A stretch of DNA of 46,255 nucleotides, counting the filler, from Jimgerdemannia flammicorona (lineage: Eukaryota), in the NCBI GenBank assembly GCA_003990765.1. It is 2 parts of 2 records of this genome, joined end to end, with 100 filler letters (N's around TTAATTAATTAA, not from the genome) between each part and the next. Parts side by side here need not be neighbours in the genome. Positions count along the whole stretch, not along the records: positions 23,185 to 46,255 come from RBNJ01001163.1; 1 more part is not named here. The stretch is one strand, 5' to 3'. The first letter of the stretch is position 1. Each line of letters opens with the position of its first letter. Positions 33,601 through 46,255 of the stretch are shown here, piece after piece. Both the position numbers and the translations under genes were made by a program. The notes under the pieces were generated by a model. That model was given only the letters and a program-made list of their open reading frames with translations, had not been told where the DNA came from and did no database searches.

Positions 33601-35355
33601 CACAGATAGGTTGTATATTTATTCATAATTACCAAAAGCACTGCCTTTCTGTTCTCATCTACCTCATACTTCTCTGCCTCCAACAGACCTGTCATTAGCT
33701 CATCTCAAAGCTTCTGTACTATCTCTTCTCCTTACAGAATCTCACTCTAGTACCTCTCACTTATTATATAAAAATCTATCCTACTAAGCTCATCTGCTGT
33801 AATATTTGTCAATATCTTCCACAACTATTGCTCATCTTCTATAATCTCATTGACACTTAGGGCTACTTCCTGTCCTTTAACCCCCTGGCCTCTCTCAGTA
33901 TCCATCCTTACTAACTTATCTCAGTCCTTCTTCAGTACATCCTATAGCTCATCAGTTTTTCTTTCTCTTATGAGTACATTATATTACACTTGGATCCCCT
34001 CTATCATCACCTTATCTCCAGCCACTGTACTCTGCCTAGAGCTACTCCCCTTCTCTAAGATTATAGTAGGAGCTATCTTCTTTTTCTCTACCCAAGTACT
34101 AGCTCTCAATTCAACTCTATCTATAGTATTCTCTTTCTCTGTCCTCTCTCTCAGGCTTGCCAACAAACTTTCTAAAGCTATCTCTCTTGTGCTCTCTCTT
34201 AGATAGCCTGATCTAGTTATACTATCTTATCATTCACAATTTCTACTACTATCTTAGTCTCAAAATTCTTCTAGATTAGTCTTCTCTTCTCTACTGCTTC
34301 AGCCAAGTCCTTCAATACCTCCAGCAAGTCCTCCTCCTTCTCTGGCATTTTCTTTACTCTTGAGACCTAGTTTCTACTTAAGTACCATTAGCTAATCTCT
34401 TTCTTTTTCAGTATTCTTCTTATCTACTGGTCTTACCCTGATATCTATATCTCCAGTCTTAAACTCTGTAGCTTCTCAGACCCAGAATCTAATATCAACT
34501 ACCTCTTTATACCTTTTAATAATATTAACAATTAGTCTCTTGGCTATCTATAGATATATTTGCCACTATCAACTATACTATCTAAGAATTCTATCACAAG
34601 TATCAAGCTATAGGAATTATTACTCTTTCTACTATCACTCCTTTCTCCAATATGCTCAATATTAAATTCTCTTTCTCAAAGCCTACCTTTACTCCTTCTA
34701 GTCTCTTTAAGAACTTTACTGAGACTATTTCTTTTACCTTCTGAGCCAGAAGCCCCAGAACTATTTTTTCTATAACTGCTAAGTCTCAGAAGTATAATGT
34801 AATAGTAAATTTAGATATTGATTTCTTAAGTAACAGTACTACTACTAGACCTGTTATACTATCAGTTAGATTCTTAGATCTCATATCCTCCCCTCTACTT
34901 AACTCTACTATCAGCTATCATATTTGAATTTTTTTTCAAATTAGTAATCTCCTCTCTATTAGCAGTCTTACTCTCCTTTACTTCTATTCCTCCAACCCTA
35001 CTGTCACTATCACTATAGACCCCTCTACTAGATCTTATAGCTTCCTCATTCTTCTTATCCTTTTATAACTAATCTTTTAATTTAGTTGCTAAATACTCTA
35101 TCTTAATCTTATCAGCAAAACTCATTCTTCTAAACTTCTGTCTGCTAGTTCCACCTCTTTTATCTCCTTATCTATTAGAGAAAATACTCAACAAACTCTC
35201 TCTCAAATCATAACTCCTCTTTACATACTATTAATTAAATGTACTAAAACTATTCTATCTTATATACTTCTTAAAATACTCATCAATCACTATATTATTA
35301 TTACCTTTTCTCTAAAAATGATATTGAAAGTATTATCAGAAGTTTGTGTAATTCA
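30631..35355 (-). mobile_element. L1/Tx1-like LINE relic (ORF1, APE, RT)
   Basis: Minus-strand NWRLIMLLDINYKLVIK (~31790), LDQEKTYDRV (~31580), VLQRDPLSPIL (~31400), FADN (~31280). APE and ORF1 are colinear with the other two copies. Confidence 0.85.
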
Positions 35356-36769
35356 AATTATATTGAAGAAAAATATATTAAAAGATCTCATTTAATAAAA
35401 ATATCAAAAAGTCTACCAAAAATAATAAATATAAAAAAACAATATATCAATATTAACTCAATCTCAAAATATAAATCAAAAACATACTTAAGAAATATAA
35501 TATCTATTAGAAATATCAAAAAAAAAAAAAAACTATTAAATATCATTACAACTAATTATACAACTAATCTATATCTTTTAATACTCCTTTCTCTACTATC
35601 TTACCAGTCATATAGTTTAGTAGGCAATCTTCTGAGTTCTGTTTTCTCTATTATTACTCCCTTTATCTCAAGTTAGTTTATTATACCTACAGGAGCATAG
35701 TGGAAGGAGAGCAATAGTAATGAGTTACTCTTTTATCAGTATCAGATCAGTGTCTTCTCTACTTTTTTGTAGATTCTGGTGCCTTCAGCTACATCTGAAG
35801 TATATTCATTTTAGTACAGTGTCTTTTTCTTTTTACTATTGCCAACAAGATATTATCTCAGAGTATTATAAGTTATATAGAAAGTTGGCCAACCTTAGGT
35901 ATCAAGTATTCAATATAGGTTATCTGCAGGTTCTTGATATCTGTAGTAAGACCCTCTGGCTTTGGCAAGCTTCTCGACAAGTGTAGTTCTAATATAGATG
36001 ACTATTTTTTAGATATTGTTAGGATAGAAGGAAAGATGGCTATTATAGATAAGAGAAAGAGTAATAATAATGAACCAGTAAAGTACCAGACTGAGAGCAG
36101 TTATTGAGACTGAGATAGATACTACTTCAGTAGAGCCTTTTGATTAGTGCAGAGTGATTAGATAGTAGGTGTCACTCTTGGCTTCTTTTAATAATATGTG
36201 AAATTGGACCCTAGTTATTAGAAAGAGTCAGGAGGTCTGAGGCTATACTCAACTAGAACTGAGAGCTGATATAACAATGTAATCAAGGTCTGTAGACTTG
36301 AGTAGTAGGATATTAGAGGTTTTCTCCTATCTTATATATAAGTCTTCTACTCACCTCATCTGAAAGAATCAAGCTCTATCCACTGTAATATACTTTGATA
36401 AAAAATTTTCTTTACCTATTATTCTTCTTGAAATAACAAAAGTTATTCTATTTAACTTAAACATAATCTTATACATATATTGAAGTTTCAAGCATATATT
36501 TTTAATCATTAATATATAACTAAATTCTTTCTAATAATAGAGAGAATATAATATATAAAATGAGATATAAACCACTATAAGCCCTACTACATCTAACATG
36601 ATTAAATTACTAAACAATAACTAATCTAGATTAATAAGAAGACAATGCTTGATAAATAGTGAGAGAGAATTTTAACCTATATAGTCTAAATTCCCTTCTA
36701 ATAAAAATCCGCAAAACTCTGAGTCAGTAAAACAAACAAAAAAAAAAAAAAAAAAATCTATATCTTTTA

Positions 36770-36905
36770 AAGATAAAAAATAAACATTATTAGACCCCTA
36801 TCAGTTATACTAAGAAGAAATAAATATATCTTAGTATTTGTAAAACATCTGACCAAATGGCCCAAAGCTTTTCCAATAGAAATTACTGATGCCCTGACCT
36901 CCTCC
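36770..36905 (+). mobile_element. Short Gypsy integrase fragment
   Basis: INIIRPLSVILRRNKYILVFVKHLTKWPKAFPIE; reverse-complement match to ~21770-21880. Confidence 0.75.
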
Positions 36906-36924
36906 ATAGCCTCACACCAAGCCA

Positions 36925-37171
36925 CGATCTGGACAGCGGAATTACTGTGATTGCAGTATACGTCCAGCCCGAGAACACGATCCGTCCAAGGGCACGCACC
37001 ATACCACAAAGAGTGACTTTTGTCTTCATGATGTCTAGTTGAACTCCACTTGCAGATTTGTTGTCCGCATTCTCAACAACCCCGAACTCGTGACTCCAAT
37101 AGTGGTGAGTCCGCTGACTGTTGCTAAAAGATACCAAACATTCAAAAATTTCAATTTAATTTAAATTTTTT

Positions 37172-37206
<35 letters not shown>

Positions 37207-39124
37207 GAACTCGAAACTCGGCGAAAAGCCAGTCCGACTTTGTGCCCTCAGTTGGTTTGCACCCGTCCTCCGAAAATTCCTTCCTTTCCTTGGAAGCTCG
37301 ACTGACGACTTCGTCCCTAGTAAAATCGCATGAGAATGAAATATTAGATGTTTAGCGGAGGGAACAACAATAGAAATTAAACAAACTTACAAATGAAGGT
37401 CGACGACTTCTTCTAGAGTCGTAAATAACGTACGACTATAATAGATATCGAGATCACGCTCGGAGTTTCGTCTCTCCGTCATCTTCTTCATAATATTTGA
37501 GTGACTACAAAACATATCTGGTAAAATTAATATTTTTAATATTTAAAGAAGATCAACAAATTAAAATACGTACAACTCATTGAGAAATTGTAGGATCCAG
37601 ATGACCTCCGCATCAGTAGAATCGATGTTATCAAGCAAGAGCATGGTCACGGTTTTATCATCCAGTGATGATGGCTCGCCTTGAAGCTCCATATGGAGAC
37701 ATTGCTCAGCAGAATCTTCTCGGGAATCCGAAACTTTGACAGAGTCAACGATTCCGAAAGATCCAATCTTGAAAATTGGTCCGAGATGTACTGCAACTCG
37801 TCTACGGGCAGCTAAGATATGTTGTGATAAAAGACGTAGAGACAAATGACAAGCAATATCAGGAGACTATACAAGAATAAAAATGGGACAGGAAGAATCC
37901 TGGGTAATTGTTAAATGCTAATTACCTGTGAAAGAGTATCTAGGAATGCGCTCGTAGACAGGTTGATGCTGACATCTAGGTTGTTCCTGGTGAGATCTGC
38001 TCTGTAGCCTCGTCTGACAACGAGTACACCGATTTTCGAGACATGTCTATAATCTTTCACCAAGCCGGGCTATTTCGATTATAAATAAGACCATTATTGC
38101 TTTGCTATAAAAAAACAGTAAAACTGTAAGCAAACAACCATATAAAATATACTCTAGATTATCCTCAATATTTGGAAATACGATAGCTGCTCGCCCTCCT
38201 CCTCCTTATTCTCCCAATCTTCGCCAACATGCACCTTTACAGCTTTGTCCGGGCGAACACCGCGGTCTACTTTCCTCTAATGGACATAAGTACGATAATA
38301 AATGACAAAGTAGAGCGACAGAGTAAAACGATAGAGTAGAGAATGCAAGAAACACATGTACTTCGAGGGATCCCACTGAACTTGTGGCCCGCTTCTCGAC
38401 GACCCGTGCTTCCAGCTTTTTCTAGAAGTTGGAGAAAGAAAAAAATGTTAGAATATAATGCCAAGTGCATGCCACTGTTGTAACACACTTCCCGCGAGTA
38501 GAATGCAAGAAACACATGTACCTTAGTGACCTGTCGCTGACCTTGTGGTCCGTTTCTCGACGGCTTGCACTTGCAGGGTTTTCTAGAAGTCGGAGAAAAA
38601 AAAAGTTAGCATATAATGCCAAGTCAGGGAACATGGCATGCCACTGTTGCGACACACTTCCCGCGAACACAGATCTGACAAACACTACTTTTTTTAGTCA
38701 GGAGAACATTGCATGTCACCATTTGTCCCATACTCCCCGCGAACGCAAGTTTTCGTTACTTCAAATTGTCGCTCCGCCGGAATACTTTCCCAGCTTATTA
38801 AAACAAAGAAAAACTGACCTTGAGCACCCGTTGTAACATCAATACCTTGTTTGTCCTACGAGTGGACGATTCCGGTGACTTCTTCAAAAGAGCCAGATCG
38901 GACTCCAGAATTCCTCGTATTTGAGCTTCGGTTGCGCGCCTGGATCTTGAGCGCGCACGCGTTGGGCCGAGCTCCGTAGGCTCCACTTCGAACTGGTTGA
39001 TCCCAATAGTCTGGAGAGAAACGGAAAAATTAGAAGACGAGGTGGATATATACAGCGGTGGATATAATTAATTACCAGAATAGCGCAAAGGTGGCAAAGA
39101 AGAGGTCGGTGCAGGTGAAGACAT
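36925..39124 (-). pseudogene. Multi-exon pseudogene with a C-terminal PD-(D/E)xK (restriction-endonuclease-fold, Crinkler-associated type)-like domain
   Basis: ATG 39124 (MSSPAPTSSLPPLRYS|DYWDQP) with GT-AG introns. Late exons give NSERDLDIYII, EVVSRASKERK...GTKSDWLF and EFGVVENA...DIMKTKVTLCGM. Several frameshifts and stops. Family assignment is by motif memory only. Confidence 0.5.
38335..38667. repeat. Tandem duplication (~165-bp unit) of an exon plus intron
   Basis: Two diverged copies of agaatgcaagaaacacatgtac...cacacttcccgcga, plus a partial third copy to ~38745. Confidence 0.85.
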
Positions 39125-39870
39125 TATCTAAAAGGGTATATAATGTGAAGAGTGTGAAGGGTATGTATCCAAAGGGTATACAATGTGAAGAGTGTGTATC
39201 CAAAGGGGTATACACGATGTTTACATGGCCTTTTTAGGCCACATCTTCAGTGGCGACCCTTTTTAGGCCATATCTCCAGTGGTGACGTCAAAATCTCAGA
39301 CGGAAGGACCCTGTCAGCATGCGGCAGAAGCATATTGTTTATAATCTCCTCGTAGATTTCGGAGATACCATTCACGTATTAATTATATAGGGATTCAAAG
39401 AAAGCATGGCAGCTGACAAAGGTCTGTGAAGCCAATAAGAATTCTCCGATCTGTATCGTCATGTCCAGGGCGCGATTTTAGATTCTAGGGGAAAGGGCCC
39501 ACAGCAGCCACCACTGACTTTTTGGCTTTAGCTAACTATAGCTTTAAGCTACAGTTAGCCGATCAATCTATTTTTGCACAAGCCACATGGAGGCCGCTTG
39601 ACCGACATGCCCTCCTCCTCCTCTGGTGGGGTGTTTTCCAAGCTTCCGTGGACTTCCGTGGTCTTGGAGCAAAGGCAAGAAAGCAACAATCATCCCACTG
39701 AAGATGTGCACCGATATGTCAAAGCGATCCCATTTGAGTTGACATGCCGGGCCGATCCCGACACGTGTCTGTTACACCGATAACAGCGTGTCATATGATG
39801 ACGATTCGCCCACCAATTCTTGTAACCTACTAGATCTCTGCACTCACCCCACCCTCCCCCCTTCCACCCA

Positions 39871-42800
39871 ATGGTGTCTCCTTTCTGTCCCACCCCGGAC
39901 GACTTTGTCATTGTTCCACCCACCCTCTCCTTAGTCTTTCTCCTCAGCACCGCCTACTTCCGCAGGCTCCCATTCTCAACACGTCAGCCCGAGACCGACC
40001 CCACCCCCACCTCCTCCAGCACCCCCGCCGATAGCCCAGGGGAGTCGAATGGCCACTTGTCCAACCCCAACGGAAAAAAGGCCGCTGGCCTCACCGACCC
40101 CACCCCCGTTCCGCGGGCGACGCTACTTGTGCTATCGATATACGCTCTCAATGTGCTCGTCCTGTGCAGCTTCTTCGCCGACGTGCCTGTGTTGGTATCC
40201 TCTGCCACATTCCGCGAGGGGTGTCTCAGTAGCTTGCTCTATTACGACCTGGCATCGGGCCTGGCATGGATCCTTAATCTGATTGGATTATACTTTGAGA
40301 GCAATAGGCTGGGGAAGTGGGGAATCCTGCAGCATGGATTCTGGTTCGGAGCGACACTGTTGGAATCTGTCGAGTTTGGAGACTTGGCTGGAAGGTTCTT
40401 TGCGACACCAGATGGCGGTAAGTGCCGGGATGCGATGGGTGATTGGTTCCACTCTGTGACGGTGTTTCACACGTTCACAACTCGGGCACTCCGCAAGTTC
40501 CTCCTTTCATCACCATCAGTGCAGTTCAACCATGACAAGAACCGCTACACCTCGACGAAACAACACAGTTTTACATCTTCATTAGTTCACGTATCTGCTC
40601 TATTACTTCAACTCTAACATACACCCATCTAATCCAATCCACCCCACTCCACTCCCTCTTTAGCCCTCAATATCTGGGAACTGATCCACTACTACCTCTT
40701 TGCCCTGCGCGTCCTCCTCCTCACCCTCCTCTGCCTCTGCCTACTATTCAAGATCCGACGCAGCCTTCGTGTCTACCTGACCGACGAAGAATCCGCGTCC
40801 CTTACCAACGGGACCACCAACACGACCGCATCCTCTTATGGCACATTCACCAACGCCGCCGAGACCGCTACGGTCACGCCCACCGACGCGTCGGACAAGC
40901 AGGCCCGGCTGGAGCAGTCGGCGTTCGTGGATTTTGTGCCCAAAGTCAAGCAGCTCCTGCCGTTTCTGTACCCCAAAAAAGATACCAAGCTGCAATTTGT
41001 GACGCTGGTGTGTATTGGGCTGCTTTTGGTGGCGAGAGCGCTGAATCTCTTGATACCCGTGCAGATGAAGAAAGTCGTGGATAGTTTGGCTGGCGATCAT
41101 CGTGAGTTATCAGAATTTTTCCGTTGTATTTTCGTGTCATCTCAACCATCTTCTTGACGTATTCGTAACATTCCTCCACCTCAGCGTATTTCGCTTGGGA
41201 TCAGATTGCGGTTTTGTTTGCCTTGAGGTTTATTCAAGGCTCTGTAAGTATATACCTCGTCATGAATGGCAACCCCGAAGCGATCCTTTCTTTTTCTCTT
41301 TCCGGGCCCATCTTATTTTCCATTTCGCCTCACCACCTCCACCCAGGGTGGAATCGACTCCCTGCGCAGCTACCTCTGGATCCCGATCTCGCAATACACG
41401 ACGCGCGAGATCAGCATCAAGATTTTGTCGCATCTACACAGCCTCTCTCTGGAGTACCACATCAACCGCAAGACGGGTGAGGTTCTTCGGATTGTGGACC
41501 GTGGCACGTCGTCAGTGCAGAACGTGTTGCAGGGCCTCTTATTCCAGTTGTTCCCTTCGGTGCTGGACGCGCTGATCGGCGTGTTCTACTTCAGGTTCGC
41601 GTACGGCTGGTCGTTTGGGCTAGTCATCTTTGTTGTCATCATCTTTTATGCCGCCTTCACAATCGGGCTGACGGAGCAAAGGACGAAGTATTCGCGCGAG
41701 ACGAATGCTTTAGATCAGGACGCGAGGGCAAAAGCTGTGGATTCGTTGCTGAATTATGAAACAGTGAAATATTATACGGCGGAGGAGTTTGAAATAGAGA
41801 GGTATGCGGACGCGATGGAGAAGTATCAGAAACTGAGTTATCGGAGTGCGAATACGAGCAATTTATTATGGATGAGCCAGAGTGCCGTTATTAATGGGGG
41901 GATGTGTGCCGGAAGCTTGCTGTTCGCGTGGAAGGTTGTGCATGGGGAGCTGACGGTCGGGGATTACGTGTTCTTTGGACAGTATATTATGCAGCTGTTT
42001 ATGCCGGTAAGTTGTTCTACGTGACTTTGGTATTATGATTTTTTTTTAAAAAATGCTCAGAACTTCATTTCATGCACACTTTCCTCGGTTTCAGCTTGGC
42101 ATCCTCGGATGGATCTACACGAGCATACAGCGTAGCTTCGTTGACATGGAGAAGATGTTGGAACTGCTGAAAGTCGAGCCGTCTGTCAAGGATCCGCCGG
42201 ACAACAAGGCCCTCGTCGTTACAGAGGGGAACATTGTGTTTGGTAAGCGCGCCAGGACGAGGTTTCATGCTTCGGACGCTGAGGTTGGCGTGTTGAGTAT
42301 CGATGGTTGGTTTTCGGGATACTAGGTCGTAAACTAATCTGAGACACAATTGACCCACCACCGCAGACAATGTGTCGTTCTGGTACGACCCGCGCCACCA
42401 AGCATTGAGCAACGTCTCCTTCACGATACCCAAGGGGGCCACCGTCGCCCTTGTTGGTCCATCAGGTGGCGGGTATGTACAAAACATGGCTTCCGTATTT
42501 TCCGCTTCCTTCCGGTTGGATTAACGATTCTCATTCACCCGGGTCGCCGCAATCTTTGTTTTCCAGGAAGTCGACCATCCTGCGCCTACTCTTCCGCTTC
42601 TACGACGTGACCTCGGGTCAGATCCTGGTGGATGGGCAGGATATACGGACGGTGACGCAGCGGTCTCTGCGGCAAAACATTGGGGTCGTACCGCAGGACA
42701 CATCGCTGTTCAACGATACTATTTTGTGAGTGGAAGGGGTTGAAGTATTATTCATATTGGGGGGCATTTGGGGAAAATTCCGTGACTACGCTAATCATTT

Positions 42801-43866
42801 GAATTCGGGATGCAGCTTCAACATTCGGTACGGGAATTTCGACGCTACGGATGAAGAGGTGTATTCGGCGGCCAAGGCGGCGTATATTCATGATAGGATC
42901 GTGAATTTCCCAGATGGTGAGTTGCAGGTACTTTGGCGGGTTAGCCTTGGGGGTCGAGAGTGTATAGCAATTGAGACTGACACATGATGTACCGACCGTT
43001 TCCAGGTTATGAATCGAAAGTCGGCGAACGAGGATTGAAGCTGAGCGGTGGAGAAAAGGTGGATTGTTTTCGAATTTGTGGATGTCCAACAATGGAACGT
43101 TGTCGAATTTTACGTCATCATCACCTGCTCATCTCTTTTGTTCCCCAACGCCTCAACTCATATAGCAACGTGTGGCGATAGCGCGCACGCTTCTTAAGAA
43201 TCCACCGATCGTGTTCCTAGACGAGGCGACCTCGGCGCTGGACTCCACGACGGAGCGGCTGATCCAGAACGCGTTGGCGACCATGACAAGGGACCGCACT
43301 ACCATTGTCATCGCGCACCGGCTGTCCACCATCGTCAACGCTGACCTAATTCTGTGGTGGGTTTTGTTTAAGGATTAGGGGACAGGGCGTTGTGCTAGAA
43401 TGGATCAGGCAAGGAATGAGATTGTGTATGATTCTGATAAGCCTTGTGTCGATTTTTAGTATCAAAGATGGTCAGATTGTAGAGTCTGGAACGCATGACG
43501 AGCTCATTCAGAGCGGGAGGGATGGAACCAGTGAAGGTAATTTTGTGCCACAAAGTTTTCTTGGCTAGTTTGTAGATGTTATATATATCTCTCGCGGTGT
43601 TAACAATCGACTTGAATTTTGAACTCCATGCACGTGACAAATCAGGTGTATACTATGAAATGTACCAGAAGCAGACCAAGGAACAGGGCGAGACTACGCA
43701 GATCGACACCGTCAGCCAGGCCTCGGGCGACCTTCCAAGCGACAGCGAAACGGTGCACGGGGCTAGCAAGGCGGTTCAAGGAAACGACGAAGTGGTTCCG
43801 GACGTGGTGGACGGTGAGGCGGTGGAGAGGGTGGGCGAGGCACAAAAAGCTGCGCCGCGAGAATAG
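39871..43866 (+). CDS. HMT1: Heavy-metal-tolerance half ABC transporter (HMT1/ABCB6 family), 12 exons
   Basis: Exons ~39871-40417, 40664-41101, 41185-41243, 41347-42006, 42095-42242, 42367-42472, 42567-42725, 42816-42916, 43006-43058, 43166-43356, 43460-43536, 43646-43866. N-terminal TM extension; [25 protein letters not shown]; Walker A GPSGGGKST; signature LSGGEKQR; Walker [19 protein letters not shown]. Confidence 0.93.
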
Positions 43867-44521
43867 ACCGAGCCCAGATAGGATCGGTCCCTACTAGATT
43901 GATTTATAGTTTGCGTTTAATCTCGGACATTTTACCTATATGCTGTTTTGTTTTGTTTATTATTGTGGATATACCTTGGTGTAAAGCGATCAGTCGGCAA
44001 ATATTGGCCCCATTCACATTGCATGTTGTACGCACAACGCATACACAGAACTATTTAACATGATTTGTTTGAGAACATTGGCACATTTGCATAAATAGGA
44101 AGTCGTTCCCGTACGGAATTTGAATCTCATAGGGGTTGGATCCAAATTGTGACAGCATGAATGAACAGGAGTGGGGTTGAGACGATTGGACCACGGGGCA
44201 CAGGCGCATAGGAGGTGTGCGCGTGAGCTGGTGACGTCATTTCTGTGATGGCGGCCAACCACTTGTGGAGAGGCATGTGATCCCCACGCAGAGTGTCAAA
44301 GGGACCGCTTTATATATCCACCGCAGAGAACACACCTCCCACGTTGCCAATTGCCTTGTACATTTCAAACAGAATCCTGAGAAGTCTGAACACAACCCCT
44401 TCTTCTCCCATTGATCTCCCCCCCCCTCTCCTTACCTTCCTTTCTAAATATACACTCCCTCTCCTCCCACCCTTTCCTTTCTTTCGCCTCCCACCACACC
44501 ACCAATCCATTCTCACGAGCC

Positions 44522-46255
44522 ATGGGTGTCGTTTTCTCAAGCTTTCGCAAGGTACATGTTTCGTTCAAAAACGAAAAAAAGTTAGCCAAGGGCACACCAA
44601 ATAGCCAATGACCTTGCGATTCCCCGTGCTAAGATATCGCACACTCTCTTCCTATGCACACCCCAATGATCTATTTCTAACCCAAAGCCCGAGGAGACGG
44701 ACTACGAGAAAATCCTCTCGAACCTGGACAGCGAAATCAAGAAGGCCGAGCTCCGGTTGTCCGAGATCAAGGTCCGCGAACGCCGCGTCGTGCTGATATG
44801 GCTGCTCTACACCACTCTCGCGTACGCGCTCTACCTCGTCGCCTTCTTCCTGTACTTCAGTCAGGACGAGGATCTGTGGGACAATTGGGTCACCAAGGTC
44901 CTGCCGATACCGTTGGCACCATTGGCGTAAGTTTGGGACTTTACCATGTTCGTCGGTTTGGTTTGCACGGTGTCAGATCAAGGGATGATTATCGCGATCG
45001 CATAACGGTGCCGATCGTGGCTATGGGACGCGCGTGTTTGGGACTCGTTTTTCTCCTATATTCTCCTCATTGAACATCCTGAGTTGATTCTCGTCGATCG
45101 CCCTCCCATGCACAGAATTTTCATGGTCAATCGCCTCTTTGGCGTCTTCTTCAAGCGCAAGCAAACATATGAAGGTAGGCTCAAACCGGATCACGATCAT
45201 AAAGTTTACCGTGTACGTATTAATCTTACACCACCTTCACCTATTCGCAGAAACCCAACTAGGCGATCTGCGCACGCAGCAAAAGCTAAAGATCGAGGAG
45301 CTGAAGAAGAAGACGTCGTACTACACCACCAAGTCGCTGGTCGAGCGCTACGATCCGTCGGCCACCCCGCGCCAGGGCCGCGGCAGCCAGGGACAAGGTC
45401 AGCCGGGCCAGGGCCAGGGTCAGGGTCAGCGGCCCAACCAGCCACAGCAACAGAAAGGCGGGCCACTCATGCCCGGACAGCAACTCCCCGTCATGCAGAG
45501 GATGTCCGACGGGACCCTGGTTAGAGTGCCTATTAATCCTGGTGAGCGGTCATGGTGTTTTTGGAGGCTGCCTTTGGTGGTTTTTTCTCTCGTTGTTGCT
45601 GAGGAAGAATGGACGGTGAGAGGATATGTGAAGGGTTGCATGTACTCAATCATTTGTAGCATGTCCAAATTGATAATACGATGTTGAGAAGAGTGAACTC
45701 GGCAGAGTGACGAGGGACATACACTACACAGTCAATCGTACTAACATGGCAACCTTACCTCCAAAAACATTCTTCCTCCCAGCAAACCTCCCCCAGCGAG
45801 CGCCTCAACCCGGCGCCCCTCATCCGTTCGCGCCTTCCCAGTTCCCCCAACAACAGCCCGGATCCAATGGCGCCGTGGCCATGCCGAACCCGATGCTGGG
45901 GCGTGAGTATCTCCATCAATGCGGACTTTTGTTTTTATCATCCTTCTTGGCTCAACTCTTTTTCTGCGTTGGTTCTTGGGCCTTTTGTGTGGAGACCATA
46001 TATTTTTTTTTTTTTTTTTCGTTCGTGCCTTTCTCACTCGACGGTTGCCTATTCACGTGATCTCCACAACAGAATACCCCAATTCGGGCCCGATGGTGCC
46101 GACGGAGAGGTATTGGTATGAGAAGCTCGTTGACCTCATCGTGGGCGAGGACGGTCCAGAGACCAAGTACGCACTCATCTGCAACCAGTGCTTTGCGCAC
46201 AACGGGTTGGTTCTTCCGCAGGAGGTGGACGATATTCGTGAGTTTTTTTTTTTTT
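44522..46255 (+). CDS. LNP1: Lunapark ER-junction protein (3' end beyond the window)
   Basis: MG start (myristoylation type), DYEKILSNLD, two TM segments, KIEELKKKTSYYTTKSLVERYD, WYEKLVDLIVGED..KYALICNQCFAHNGL zinc ribbon. Introns are GT-AG. Confidence 0.93.

Overview
Eukaryotic, intron-rich DNA, most likely from an early-diverging fungus (Mucoromycota-like; inferred from gene and intron style and TE types). About 2.4-23 kb and 28-37 kb are nested, CpG-depleted, transition-riddled retroelements. These are: a near-complete Ty3/Gypsy element (9792-18594) with ~1.55-kb LTRs, a Cys/His motif plus dUTPase between protease and RT, a separately initiated integrase ORF and a ~282-aa ORF inside the LTR; a second minus-strand Ty3/Gypsy element (19074-23084, cut by a scaffold gap) with a ~170-aa ORF between integrase and LTR; older Gypsy relics; and three L1/Tx1-like LINE relics. 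Host genes are an HMT1/ABCB6-type half ABC transporter (39871-43866), the 5' part of Lunapark (44522-end), an unknown gene (25288-27457), and pseudogenes of a SAM methyltransferase and a PD-(D/E)xK-like protein. Three observations stand out. (1) The two Gypsy elements, whose LTRs show no similarity by eye, carry homologous helix-turn-helix-like accessory proteins, and each LTR has a phased array of palindromic sites ~70 bp upstream of its TATA box: a candidate element-encoded regulator/operator system. (2) A non-canonical tRNA-like cloverleaf sits on an outer stem inside a probable intron (479-587). (3) A tailless U6 snRNA retrocopy with a 15-bp TSD is present only in the 3' LTR. All alignments and folds were done by eye; no database searches were run.
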